In this document: positions 1 to 8,552 of the stretch, in pieces | Layout of the letters: every line of letters begins with the position of its first letter | Position numbering within the stretch: the stretch's first letter is position 1 | DNA from: Patescibacteria group bacterium | GTDB lineage: Bacteria > Patescibacteriota > Patescibacteriia > UBA2591 > UBA6264 | DNA length: 43,498 nt | NCBI GenBank assembly: GCA_018896315.1 | Contig: JAHIMV010000081.1 | Coordinates: 1-43,498, forward strand | Direction: 5' to 3' | The notes under the pieces: generated by a model | Seen by the model: only the letters and a program-made list of their open reading frames with translations | What the model was told of the DNA's origin: nothing | Databases searched by the model: none | Program-made: the position numbers and the translations under genes

Positions 1-1
1 G

Positions 2-760
2 GAAGCCAAAACCTTAGCAAAAGAAATTTTAAATCGGTTAAAGAAAGTTAAAAAGAAAGAAAAAAAGTTAATTGATTTTGATTTAGTCTTATGCCCCCCA
101 TTTATGAGCCTGCCAGAAGTTTCTAGAATTTTTGGACCAAAAAAGGATATACTTTTATGTGGAGCACAAGATTGTTTTTGGGAAGAAAGAGGTGGATTTA
201 CAGGAGAAGTTTCACCTAAGAGTTTAAAAGAATTAGGATGTACCCATGTCATTATTGGGCATTCAGAAAGAAGGCAGATTTTAAAAGAAACAGACGAGAT
301 GGTTCATAAGAAAGTCAAAGCTGCTTTAAGAGCAGGTTTGATTCCAATAATATGTGTTGGCGAGACTAGAGACCAAAGAGACAAGGGACTAAAGGAACAG
401 ACAGTAATTAATCAGGTTTCAAAAGCTTTAGATGGTATTAGTTTAAAAGCTAATCAAAAAATTATTATTGCCTATGAACCGGTTTGGGTTATAGGTTCTG
501 GTTGGGCAATTGAACCAGCCGAAGCCGGATATATGTGTAAAATAATTCATCAAAGAATGATTGATTTATATGCCCTGCCACTTGTTCGCAATAATATCCG
601 TCTTGTTTATGGTGGAAGCGTTGATTCAACAACAATTAAATCATTTGTTGATCAGGAAATAATAGATGGAGTTTTAGTCGGGGGAGCAAGTTTAAAGGTA
701 GATGAGTTTGTAAAGATGTGTGAATTGATGGTGCAAGAAACAAGAAACAAGAAACAATAA
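2..760 (+). CDS. tpiA: triosephosphate isomerase, 5' end cut by window edge
   Basis: Frame is open from nt 2 (EAKTLAKEIL..DLVLCPPF) straight into ORF 104..760. TIM motifs IIGHSERR, AYEPVWVIGSG, VYGGSV. Confidence 0.9.
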   Translation, partial: EAKTLAKEILNRLKKVKKKEKKLIDFDLVLCPPFMSLPEVSRIFGPKKDILLCGAQDCFWEERGGFTGEVSPKSLKELGCTHVIIGHSERRQILKETDEMVHKKVKAALRAGLIPIICVGETRDQRDKGLKEQTVINQVSKALDGISLKANQKIIIAYEPVWVIGSGWAIEPAEAGYMCKIIHQRMIDLYALPLVRNNIRLVYGGSVDSTTIKSFVDQEIIDGVLVGGASLKVDEFVKMCELMVQETRNKKQ

Positions 761-846
761 CCAAACAATAATCAATAATCAATGACCAAACAATCAAACA
801 TTTGTATCTTGTTTCTTGGTTATTGGTTATTGAAGCGAAGCGATTT
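761..846. repeat. structured spacer (tpiA-fba) ending in the gaagcgaagcga..ATG motif
   Basis: aagaaacaaga/tcttgtttctt and caataacc/ggttattg complementary segments. 3' end tgaagcgaagcgatttATG. Confidence 0.45.
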
Positions 847-1716
847 ATGTTAGTCCATATTAAAAAACTTATTCAGCAGGCTAAAAAAGAAAAATACGCC
901 ATAGGGGCTTTTGATACTTTTAATTTAGAGATAACATTGGGCATTATACAGGGGGCTAAACAAGCTAAAAGACCTATTATTCTTCAGGTTACCCCAACAA
1001 CGCTTAAATATGCAGGAATAGAATCAATGTCTTACTTAATGAAAACTGTTGCTCAGAATCAAGCTAAAAATATTCCGATTGCTCTCCATCTTGACCATGG
1101 AAAAACATTTTCTGATATAGTAGAATGTATTAAAGCTGGTTTTTCTTCAGTAATGATAGATGCTTCTAATTTGTCTTTTGATAAAAATATTGCTTTAACA
1201 AAAAAAGTTGTTCAATATGCGCGTCAACACAATGTTTGGGTTCAGGGAGAACTTGGTAGGGTAGTCAAAGGTAAACAAGGGTATGATAAATTAATTATTG
1301 AACCAGAAGAATTTTTAACTGACCCAGATCAGGCGCAGGAATTTGTTAAAAAAACAAAAATTCATACTTTAGCTGTAGCTATTGGAAATATTCATGGGCT
1401 GTATAAAATGAGACACGGCGTTCCTCGCCTTTTTTTATCAAGATTAAAGGAAATCCAAAAAAGGGTTAACGTTCCATTGGTTTTGCATGGAGCCTCAGGC
1501 ATATCATCGGCTCAGATAAAAAAAGCAATTTCTTTGGGTATCAGGATTATTAATATTGATACAGAAATAAGAATGGCTTTTAAACAAAGTTTAATTCAAT
1601 CCTTAAAAGTCAACAAAAAGGAATATGACCCAAGAAAGATTCTTTTTCCAACAATTAAAAATGTCGCGAAAATAGTTAAGAAAAAAATATTAATTTTTGG
1701 TTTTTCTAAGAAATAG
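847..1716 (+). CDS. fba: class II fructose/tagatose-bisphosphate aldolase
   Basis: Track ORF 802..1716 starts at a TTG inside a repeat. First ATG at 847 gives MLVHIKKLIQQAKKEKYAIGAFD. Motifs LHLDHG and LHGASG. Confidence 0.85.
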   Translation: MLVHIKKLIQQAKKEKYAIGAFDTFNLEITLGIIQGAKQAKRPIILQVTPTTLKYAGIESMSYLMKTVAQNQAKNIPIALHLDHGKTFSDIVECIKAGFSSVMIDASNLSFDKNIALTKKVVQYARQHNVWVQGELGRVVKGKQGYDKLIIEPEEFLTDPDQAQEFVKKTKIHTLAVAIGNIHGLYKMRHGVPRLFLSRLKEIQKRVNVPLVLHGASGISSAQIKKAISLGIRIINIDTEIRMAFKQSLIQSLKVNKKEYDPRKILFPTIKNVAKIVKKKILIFGFSKK

Positions 1717-1747
1717 TTTTATAATTAAATTACTTTATTGTTTGTAT

Positions 1748-1802
1748 AATTAAAATTTAATTTCAAGGTTCTCGACGAGCAGAACGAGGAGAGGTTCTTA
1801 TG
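1748..1802 (-). repeat. family F element (agaacc direct-repeat module), inverted copy
   Basis: Its reverse complement, cataagaacctctcctcgttctgctcgtcgagaaccttgaaattaaattttaatt, matches 6112..6165 at both ends. Confidence 0.65.
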
Positions 1803-2147
1803 CTAATAAACATCCTATTATTAATGGTTATTTTTTTATCCCTAATTGGTGTTGCTGTTATTATCAGAAGGAAATTTTTTTCATTGACTAATATTAATTT
1901 AGAACAGGTTCCCGAGGAAAGGGCGGCAAGGATAAAAAAAGATTTATTGGAAAAAAAATTTATTCGTCAGATTGGAGAGTTAAAAAATAAACTAAAAGAA
2001 AGAAAAAATAATTTGAAAGTTTATTTGAAAATAGGGATAGATTTTTTTAAAAAAATAAAAGAAAAAATACAGTCAAACACAAAATTGAACTTGATTTTTT
2101 TGAAAAACAAGCTAAAATTTATTAAAAATAAGATAATGCCCAGGTAG
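1800..2147 (+). CDS. hypothetical small protein, N-terminal TM helix plus Lys-rich tail
   Basis: ORF with GGAGAGG-like SD 5 nt upstream and a hydrophobic N-terminus (LINILLLMVIFLSLIGVAVII). No recognisable family. Confidence 0.4.
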   Translation: MLINILLLMVIFLSLIGVAVIIRRKFFSLTNINLEQVPEERAARIKKDLLEKKFIRQIGELKNKLKERKNNLKVYLKIGIDFFKKIKEKIQSNTKLNLIFLKNKLKFIKNKIMPR

Positions 2148-2238
2148 CCTTCCTACGCCAAGGCTTCGGATGGGCGATAAAAATTGTTTTAACTAGTATT
2201 TAAATCGAAAATCTTAAATCTTAAATTTTAAATTGTAT

Positions 2239-2312
2239 GCCCAGGTAGCTCAGTTGGCCAGAGCACAAACATGGTAAGTTTGGGGTCAGCGGTTCGAATC
2301 CGCTCCTGGGCT
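2239..2312 (+). tRNA. tRNA-Thr (anticodon GGT)
   Basis: Hand-folded cloverleaf: acceptor gcccagg/cctgggc, anticodon stem caaac/gtttg with loop atGGTaa, T arm agcgg-ttcgaat-ccgct. Confidence 0.85.
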
Positions 2313-2315
2313 TTT

Positions 2316-2398
2316 GGGTAGGTGGCAGAGTGGACAAATGCCCGGGTCTGTAAAACCCGTGCCTTATGGCTACGGAGGTTCGAATCCTCCCCTACCCA
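2316..2398 (+). tRNA. tRNA-Tyr (anticodon GTA), long variable arm
   Basis: Acceptor gggtagg/cctaccc, anticodon stem cgggt/acccg with loop ctGTAaa, long variable arm, T arm ggagg-ttcgaat-cctcc. Confidence 0.85.
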
Positions 2399-2401
2399 TT
2401 T

Positions 2402-2472
2402 GCCGGGATAGCTTAGTGGAAAAGCAGGGGTTTTGTAAACCTCGGACGGGGGTTCGATTCCTCTTCCCGGCT
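2402..2472 (+). tRNA. tRNA-Thr (anticodon TGT)
   Basis: Acceptor gccggga/tcccggc, D stem gctt/aagc, anticodon stem ggggt/acctc with loop ttTGTaa, T loop ttcgatt. The Thr-Tyr-Thr order echoes the thrU-tyrU-(glyT)-thrT cluster of other bacteria. Confidence 0.75.
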
Positions 2473-2497
2473 AGTTAAAATTAAAAAGTTGAAAATT

Positions 2498-2656
2498 ATG
2501 TCAATCAAAGATAAGTTGGTAAAATTAGAATGTACTGAGTGTCATCGCATTGGCTATTACACCCAGAAGAACAAGAAAAAGCTTAAGGACCGCTTGGAAC
2601 TTAAAAAATATTGTCGTTGGTGTAGAAAACATACACTACACAAAGAAACAAAATAG
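2498..2656 (+). CDS. rpmG: 50S ribosomal protein L33 (zinc-ribbon C+ form)
   Basis: Not in the ORF track (52 aa): [52 protein letters not shown], with CxxC..CxxC. Lies between tRNA genes as in many bacteria. Confidence 0.85.
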   Translation: MSIKDKLVKLECTECHRIGYYTQKNKKKLKDRLELKKYCRWCRKHTLHKETK

Positions 2657-2726
2657 GGGGCGTGGTGAAGTGGTATCACAGGAATCTCCAAAATTCTAGT
2701 CGGGGGTCCGATTCCCTCCGCCCCCG
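2656..2726 (+). tRNA. tRNA-Trp (anticodon CCA)
   Basis: Acceptor gggggcg/cgccccc, anticodon loop ctCCAaa, discriminator G. T loop reads tccgatt (C at position 55). First base overlaps the rpmG stop codon. Confidence 0.75.
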
Positions 2727-2791
2727 CTTTTTTAAAAGTTGAGAGTTGTAAGCCGCAAGATTAAAGTTAACTTAAATCTTAAATCTAATTT

Positions 2792-3946
2792 ATGGCTGAT
2801 TATTATAAAATATTAGGGATTAAAAAAGATGCTTCTGGCCAAGAAATTAAAAATGTTTTTCGTCGTTTAGCTCATAAATATCATCCCGATAAAGCTGGAG
2901 GAAATGCTGAGAGATTTAAAGAAGTTAATGAAGCTTATCAAACACTTTCTGATCCAGAAAAAAGAGCCATGTATGATCAATATGGGCCTGCTTTTAGTCA
3001 AGCTCAAGCAAAAGGGGGTGTTGGGGGTTTTGATAATTTTCGCGATTGGGCCACTTATGCTGAAGCCATGAAAGGACAGAAAACAAATATTGATTTTGAG
3101 GATATTGGCTTTGGCGATTTGGGTAATATTTTTTCAGATTTTTTTTCCGCCGGAGGCGGATCCGCCTTTGGCAGAGGTTTTGGTCAATCTCGGGCAAATT
3201 CGAGAGTTCAGAGAGGAGAAGATATTGAAATACAAATGGCCATTGATTTTCAAGAGGCCGTTTTTGGCGCAGAAAAAGAAATTAAATTAGAACGATATGT
3301 AAAATGTAAAAGATGTGAAGGGGAAGGAATAGAACCAGACAGTAATCTTATCATTTGTCAGACTTGTCAGGGTCAGGGGCAGATTGCCCGGGCATTAGGA
3401 CCTTTTCAGACTACTACAATTTGTCCAGAATGTCATGGAGAAGGAAAAATTCCAGAGAAAAAATGTAAAAAGTGTCAGGGACAGGGTCGTGAAAAAAGTT
3501 TCTCAAATATAAAGTTGAAAATCCCTGCTGGAATTAATCATGGTCAAACAATCAGATTAAGCGAACAAGGTGGCGCCGGACAAAGCGGAACCCGCAGTGG
3601 TGATTTATATGTAACTATTTTAGTTCGACCTGATCCTAAGTTTAAACGCCAAGGAAATAATATTTTTTCAGAAGAAGAAATTTCTATTTCCCAAGCTGTT
3701 TTAGGAGGTGAAGTTGAAGTAGAAACGATTTATGGACCAGTAAAATTAAAAATTCCTTCAGGAACTTCAGACGGACAAGAAATTCGTTTAAAAGGAAAGG
3801 GCGTTTCAAAGGTTTCTAGTAATATAGGATTTAACAGGGGAGGTCAAAAAGGAAATCAAATTATTAGAATTAGAATTAACATTCCCAGACACTTAAATAA
3901 AAAACAAAAGAAATTATTGCAGGAATTAGAAGAACAAGGTTTGTAG
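2792..3946 (+). CDS. dnaJ: molecular chaperone DnaJ
   Basis: J domain with YHPDK, G/F-rich linker, four CxxCxGxG repeats (CKRCEGEG, CQTCQGQG, CPECHGEG, CKKCQGQG). Confidence 0.95.
   Translation: MADYYKILGIKKDASGQEIKNVFRRLAHKYHPDKAGGNAERFKEVNEAYQTLSDPEKRAMYDQYGPAFSQAQAKGGVGGFDNFRDWATYAEAMKGQKTNIDFEDIGFGDLGNIFSDFFSAGGGSAFGRGFGQSRANSRVQRGEDIEIQMAIDFQEAVFGAEKEIKLERYVKCKRCEGEGIEPDSNLIICQTCQGQGQIARALGPFQTTTICPECHGEGKIPEKKCKKCQGQGREKSFSNIKLKIPAGINHGQTIRLSEQGGAGQSGTRSGDLYVTILVRPDPKFKRQGNNIFSEEEISISQAVLGGEVEVETIYGPVKLKIPSGTSDGQEIRLKGKGVSKVSSNIGFNRGGQKGNQIIRIRINIPRHLNKKQKKLLQELEEQGL
3147..3172 (-). repeat. GC-rich double-hairpin motif inside the dnaJ G/F region
   Basis: ccgccggaggcggatccgcctttggc is the reverse complement of 26423..26448 in rplD. 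Confidence 0.75.
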
Positions 3947-3954
3947 CTTGAATT

Positions 3955-3983
3955 TTGACTTGTTATTTTTAAAATGTTAGAAT
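3955..3983 (+). promoter_or_regulatory. sigma70-type promoter, TTGACT-17 nt-TAGAAT
   Basis: ttgact (3955..3960), 17-nt spacer, tagaat (3978..3983). The ATG at 3995 lies 11 nt after the -10 box, so the leader would be very short or absent. Confidence 0.55.
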
Positions 3984-3994
3984 AATATTGTCAC

Positions 3995-5353
3995 ATGAGC
4001 TTTACTATTGATTTAAATTTTCTGTCTTTCTTGTTTGAAGGGAATATTTTTTATTTTATTCGCCAATTTTTAATTCTAATAGTTATCCTTTTAGTTTTAT
4101 TGATTATTTTGCGAATCTGTTGGAAACATTGGTTAGATCATATAAAAAAACAATATTTAGCTATTCAGAAATATGTTTTATTATCTATTGATGTTCCTAG
4201 AGACAATGAGCAAGGCCCAGAAGCAATAGAAAGATTTTTTTCACATTTGGCTGGCATAAAAATTAAGCCAACTTGGCGGGAAAAATATTTTGAAGGCCAT
4301 GCGCAATTGGATATTTCCTTAGAAATCGTTAGTTTGGAAGGACAAATTCGTTTTTTAATTTATACTCCAATTCAATTCCGTGATTTAGTTGAGGCGGCTA
4401 TTTATGCAACTTATCCCGGAGTAGAGATTTCTGAATTTGATGATTATACTAAAAAAATTCCTGACGAATTTCCCAATAACGAATATGACCTTTGGGGGGC
4501 AGACATTGGTCTGTATAATAAAAATCCTTTTCCAATCAGGACTTATCCTAATTTTGAGCATACATTAACCAAAGAATTAAAAGATCCAATAATTGATCTT
4601 TTAGAAATTTTAGGAAAATTACAAAAAGGCGAGCAGGTTTGGATTCAATTTATTATCAGGCCAGCAGGGATTGAATTTAAAAAACAAGGAGAAGAAATTG
4701 TCAAAAGTATGATGGGCGAAAAGGCTGATCAATCCGAGAATATAGTTGATAAAACATCTCATACTGTAGTTAAAATAGGACAAGGTATTTCTGATTTTAC
4801 AGCAGATGCCTTGGGAGTACTTTTTCCCACTGAAGCAGAAAAGAAAAGGGAAGAAAAAAAGATTATTTCACCAGGAGAAAAAAGAGTAATTGAGGCTATT
4901 CAGAATAAAATATCTAAAATTGCCTTTGAAACAAGGGTTAGATTAATCTATATAGGCGAAAAACAAGTCTTTAGTAGGGACAGAGGGGTAATCGGAGTTT
5001 TAAGCGCTTTTAATGCAGTTAATACCCTGGATATGAATGGTTTAGAGCCGGAAAAAAGAACAGTAATTCCTCAGCGACCTAAGAGAGTAGAGAAGAAAAA
5101 GACAGCTATTAAAAAGGCTTATCAAGAAAGAGCTCGTTATTGGAGGAGAGAACCAAAAGGATTAACAAGAATTTTAAAAACTATAGCTAAGTTTTTAGCT
5201 ATTGATTTTAAAGGATACAGAAAAAAGAATATTTTAAATATTGAAGAATTGGCCACTCTTTATCATTTTCCAGTGGTTGGTATTAGTCCTCCTTTGATTA
5301 AAAAAACAGGGAGTAAAAGAGCAGAACCGCCGTTTAGTTTGCCAGTTAAGTAG
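3995..5353 (+). CDS. hypothetical membrane-anchored protein (N-terminal TM, C-terminal EELATLYHFP motif)
   Basis: 452-aa ORF with a near-consensus promoter directly upstream and one strong N-terminal TM segment. No family assigned from sequence alone. Confidence 0.6.
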   Translation: MSFTIDLNFLSFLFEGNIFYFIRQFLILIVILLVLLIILRICWKHWLDHIKKQYLAIQKYVLLSIDVPRDNEQGPEAIERFFSHLAGIKIKPTWREKYFEGHAQLDISLEIVSLEGQIRFLIYTPIQFRDLVEAAIYATYPGVEISEFDDYTKKIPDEFPNNEYDLWGADIGLYNKNPFPIRTYPNFEHTLTKELKDPIIDLLEILGKLQKGEQVWIQFIIRPAGIEFKKQGEEIVKSMMGEKADQSENIVDKTSHTVVKIGQGISDFTADALGVLFPTEAEKKREEKKIISPGEKRVIEAIQNKISKIAFETRVRLIYIGEKQVFSRDRGVIGVLSAFNAVNTLDMNGLEPEKRTVIPQRPKRVEKKKTAIKKAYQERARYWRREPKGLTRILKTIAKFLAIDFKGYRKKNILNIEELATLYHFPVVGISPPLIKKTGSKRAEPPFSLPVK

Positions 5354-5441
5354 ACGCGATACCAATATGCCAATACATACGAATAATACGAATAAAGCAT
5401 TAGTATAATTAGTATTAATTCGTATATTAGCATCAATTTTT
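5354..5441. repeat. family D 'acgaat' long imperfect inverted repeat, copy 1 (before rsmI)
   Basis: Left arm cgataccaatatgccaatacatacgaataatacgaat. Right arm attagtataattagtattaattcgtatattagcatca. Runs from the stop codon to the ATG. Confidence 0.8.
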
Positions 5442-6116
5442 ATGTTATATATCATCGCTACCCCAATAGGAAACCTTAAAGATATTACTCTGCAGGCGTT
5501 AGAGATTTTAAAAAGCGTGGATTTAATCCTGTGCGAAGATACGCGAAAAACAAGCAGGCTTTGCGCTCATTATCAAATAAAAAAACCTTTACTTAACTAT
5601 CATCAACATTCAAAAGTTAATAAAGTTAATCAAATTTTTAAATTATTAGAACAGGGAAAAAATTTGGCTTTAGTTTCTGACGCCGGCACACCAGGTATTT
5701 CTGATCCAGGTAATAAATTGGTAGAGATGGCTCAAAAGAAATTTAATGATTTAAAAATAATTCCTATTCCTGGACCATCAGCCGTTACAACCGCCTTAAG
5801 TGTTTGTGGTTTTCCTGCAGATAAATTTATTTTTTTAGGATTTTGCCCGCAAAAAAGGGGAAGAAAAAAGTTTTTTCAACAAATTGTTCAGGCAACATAT
5901 ACAGTTGTTTTTTATGAATCACCTCATCGAATTTTAAAGACTTTGACAGAATTAAATGAATTTCTTAAATTAGATAATCAACAAATTTTTGTTGGACGAG
6001 AAATGACAAAGAAATTTGAAACTATTTATCGAGGAAATATTGGCCAAGTCTTAGATAGTATAAAAAAAGATAAATTAAAAGGAGAGTTTACAATTGTCGT
6101 TAGAAGAAAAACATAA
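5442..6116 (+). CDS. rsmI: 16S rRNA (cytidine1402-2'-O)-methyltransferase
   Basis: LYIIATPIGNLKDITLQALEILKSVDLILCEDTR, SDAGTPGISDPG, FYESPHR: typical RsmI tetrapyrrole-methylase fold signatures. Confidence 0.9.
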   Translation: MLYIIATPIGNLKDITLQALEILKSVDLILCEDTRKTSRLCAHYQIKKPLLNYHQHSKVNKVNQIFKLLEQGKNLALVSDAGTPGISDPGNKLVEMAQKKFNDLKIIPIPGPSAVTTALSVCGFPADKFIFLGFCPQKRGRKKFFQQIVQATYTVVFYESPHRILKTLTELNEFLKLDNQQIFVGREMTKKFETIYRGNIGQVLDSIKKDKLKGEFTIVVRRKT

Positions 6117-6178
6117 GAACCTTTCGCTTCGCTCAAGAACCTTGAAATTAAAAGACATTTTAATTATAAAATAGAAAT
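6112..6178 (+). repeat. family F element (rsmI-metG spacer)
   Basis: cataagaacctttcgcttcgctcaagaaccttgaaattaaaagacattttaattataaaatagaaatATG. Confidence 0.7.
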
Positions 6179-7684
6179 ATGTCTAAATTTTATATCACCA
6201 CTCCAATATATTATGTTAATGCCAAACCTCACTTAGGCGGGGCTTATACTACTTTAGCCGCAGATGTTTTAGCTCGTTGGCATAGAATGAAAGGGGAGAA
6301 TACATTTTTTTTAACAGGGACAGATGAGCATGGAGAAAAGATTGCTAAAGTGGCTAAAGAGAAAAAAATTACTCCACGACAATTATGTGATCAAAATGCA
6401 GCTAAATATGAACAAGTTTGGGATACTTTAAAGATTTCTTATAATAAGTTTATTAGAACAACTGATCCTGTTCATGAAAAAATGGTTGCTAAGGTTTTTC
6501 AACATCTCATTGACAAAAAATTAATTTATAAAGGGATTTATCAGGGTCTTTATTGCGTTGGTTGTGAAAGGTATTATACAGCCAAAGAATTAGTTGACGG
6601 AAAATGTTCGATTCATCAAAAAAAAGCAATTACTCTTTCAGAAGAGTGTTATTTTTTTAAATTATCTAAATTTCAAAATCGCTTGCTTAAATTAATCAAA
6701 AATAATAAATGGGTAATTGAGCCAGAAGAAAGAAGAAATGAGGTGCTGGGATTTTTAAGAACAGAGAAACTAGAGGACTTAGCCTTTTCTAGAGAAAAAG
6801 TTGAGTGGGGTATTGCAGTACCTGGGGACAGCTCTCAAACAATTTATGTTTGGATAGATGCTTTGTTAAATTATTTGTCAGGAATTGGCTGGAAAGGCCA
6901 GGAAGGAAAATGGCCATTGAATTGGCCCCCAGAAATTCAATTAATTGGTAAAGATATTCTAAGATTTCATGCTATTATCTGGCCTGGTGTTCTTTTAAGT
7001 TTGGGAGCTCCTTTGCCAAAGAAACTTTATGCTCATGGCTTTTTTACAATTGGCGGGAAAAAGATGAGTAAGTCTTTAGGTAATGTTCTTGATCCTGAAG
7101 AGTTGGCAATGACTTTTGGAGCAGATGCGCTTCGCTGGCTAATGCTTTCTGCTTTTCCTTTTGGGCAAGATGGTGACATTTCACAGTCCAAGTTTTATGA
7201 TAAATATAATACAGATTTATCTAATGGTTTAGGCAATTTATTAAGAAGGGTTTTAACTTTAGCTTTAAAAAATAAAAAGAAATTTTTACCACCTAAAAAA
7301 GTTGATACAAACTTTAAAAAACAGATAGGCTTGGTTTGGCAAAAATATGAAAGATCTCTTAATCAATTGAAATTTGAAACCGCTATAGCAAGCATTAATG
7401 ATTTAGTCAGTTTTTGTGATAAATATATTGATAGCAAACAACCTTGGCGGTTATTTAAGAAAGATATTGCTGAATATCAGATAGTCTTGTATAATCTTTT
7501 AGAAGGGCTACGTCACCTTGCTTGGTTGACTCAGCCTTTTATGCCAGAAAAAAGTAATCAAATTTTTCAAAGTCTGGGAATTTTAGGACAGGAAAAGAAA
7601 AACCCCTTAGCCAAAGGACAGGTGTGGGGAAAAACAGAGTTTAAAGAAATTATTTTAGGTGAAATATTATTTCCAAAATTATAA
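6179..7684 (+). CDS. metG: methionine--tRNA ligase
   Basis: Class I aaRS motifs (PHLGG HIGH variant, KMSKS), Cys knuckle CVGCERYY..C.IH, anticodon-binding C-terminal region. Confidence 0.95.
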   Translation: MSKFYITTPIYYVNAKPHLGGAYTTLAADVLARWHRMKGENTFFLTGTDEHGEKIAKVAKEKKITPRQLCDQNAAKYEQVWDTLKISYNKFIRTTDPVHEKMVAKVFQHLIDKKLIYKGIYQGLYCVGCERYYTAKELVDGKCSIHQKKAITLSEECYFFKLSKFQNRLLKLIKNNKWVIEPEERRNEVLGFLRTEKLEDLAFSREKVEWGIAVPGDSSQTIYVWIDALLNYLSGIGWKGQEGKWPLNWPPEIQLIGKDILRFHAIIWPGVLLSLGAPLPKKLYAHGFFTIGGKKMSKSLGNVLDPEELAMTFGADALRWLMLSAFPFGQDGDISQSKFYDKYNTDLSNGLGNLLRRVLTLALKNKKKFLPPKKVDTNFKKQIGLVWQKYERSLNQLKFETAIASINDLVSFCDKYIDSKQPWRLFKKDIAEYQIVLYNLLEGLRHLAWLTQPFMPEKSNQIFQSLGILGQEKKNPLAKGQVWGKTEFKEIILGEILFPKL

Positions 7685-7705
7685 ATTTTGTTTGATATTT
7701 TCAAT

Positions 7706-7719
7706 CCGCCAGTTGGCGG
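7706..7719. repeat. ccgcc-NNNN-ggcgg mini hairpin after metG
   Basis: ccgccagttggcgg, the same stem as the rplD/dnaJ motif. Confidence 0.5.
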
Positions 7720-7746
7720 AGTAGAAAATTCAATTCCAAAATTATA

Positions 7747-7876
7747 ACCCAGCACTTATTTTGCGAAACAGAAACAAAATTTTATATATATAACAAGGTA
7801 AAATAAGTTTATTTTTCGCGAAAGAGCGTTAAAACACTCTTTCGCCAAGACATACCTAGCAAAATAAGTGCTGGGT
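7747..7876 (+). repeat. family B 130-nt palindromic element, copy 1 (metG-cvpA spacer)
   Basis: 16-bp terminal inverted repeat acccagcacttatttt / aaaataagtgctgggt and inner hairpin gcgaaagag..ctctttcgc. By eye identical to copy 3, including the following gctcaaa. Confidence 0.9.
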
Positions 7877-7936
7877 GCTCAAATTTCTAATAAAATTTAA
7901 TTCGCTACGCTTTAAAATTTTAACAAATTTGGCACT

Positions 7937-8437
7937 ATGAGTTTTTTTGATTTAATTTTATTATTACTTTTGTTCGGTTTTGTTTGGTTTGGTTTTTGGA
8001 ATGGATTGATTCGAACACTCGGGGGAATAATCGGACTTGTCTTAGCAGTTTTTGTTGCTGGACAATGGTATGAAACTGTAGCTTTAAAATTGCTGCCTTT
8101 TTTAAGTGATAATTTAAGTTTAGCTCGTCTACTGTCTTTTATTCTTGTTTTTATTATTACTCAGTTTATTATTATTTGTTTACTCAAAGTAGTAAACAAA
8201 ATTTTTAATCTTCCTGTTTTAAAAATTCTTAATCGTCTAACTGGTGCAATCTTTGGCTTGATTGAGGGAGGATTAATTTTGGGCTTGGTTTTATACTTTT
8301 CAACTAAATTTACTCTAGTGCCCAACTGGGCAGAGATTTTAAACAGTTCAAGTATTGCCCCGACTTTGATCTCTTTTGGTAAAATTTTGCAGCCTCTTTT
8401 ACCCCAAGTTTTAAAACAAATTCAGTCATTAATATAA
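7937..8437 (+). CDS. cvpA: CvpA-family small membrane protein
   Basis: 166 aa with about four hydrophobic helices and an N-terminal FDLILLLLLFGFVWFGFWNGLIR pattern like colicin V production protein family members. Confidence 0.55.
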   Translation: MSFFDLILLLLLFGFVWFGFWNGLIRTLGGIIGLVLAVFVAGQWYETVALKLLPFLSDNLSLARLLSFILVFIITQFIIICLLKVVNKIFNLPVLKILNRLTGAIFGLIEGGLILGLVLYFSTKFTLVPNWAEILNSSSIAPTLISFGKILQPLLPQVLKQIQSLI

Positions 8438-8552
8438 ACGTAATACTAATCTACGAATGACATACGAATACTACGAATATTAGTATAATTAGTATCAATT
8501 CGTCCTAGACCCGTTCGGGACGGACTAGGGTATATTGGCATTGATTTTTTTT
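8438..8552. repeat. family D copy 2 (before nrdD) with a nested 27-nt GC hairpin
   Basis: ctacgaatgacatacgaatactacgaat / attagtataattagtatcaattcgt[..]atattggcattga. Insert at 8504..8530. Confidence 0.8.
8504..8530. repeat. 27-nt GC-rich hairpin nested in family D copy 2
   Basis: cctagacccgttcgggacggactaggg interrupts aattcgt|atatt, which is continuous in the other D copies. Confidence 0.7.

Noticed and set aside
2134-2251. 13-nt identity (atgcccaggtagc) between the end of ORF 1800..2147 and the 5' end of tRNA-Thr, as a possible integration scar
   Set aside because: The match is too short to be significant in 43 kb. Integrative elements normally duplicate tRNA 3' ends, and no integrase or other island features lie between the two copies.
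2994-3290. ORFs 2994..3197 (-) and 3090..3290 (+) inside dnaJ
   Set aside because: They lie entirely within the well-supported dnaJ frame and give low-complexity translations with no motifs. They are typical shadow ORFs.
5234-5455. ORF 5234..5455 (-)
   Set aside because: It spans the 3' end of ORF 3995..5353 and the family D repeat. The translation is repeat-derived (NTNYTNALFV..), and there is no start context or homology.
7567-7755. ORF 7567..7755 (-)
   Set aside because: It is antisense to the metG 3' end and runs into repeat sequence, so it is most likely a shadow ORF.
8460-8500. Promoter inside family D (atgaca .. tataat)
   Set aside because: The spacing between the -35-like and -10-like hexamers is about 21 nt in copy 2, and there is no good -35 in the other copies. 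In AT-rich sequence such hexamers arise by chance, so no promoter is called.
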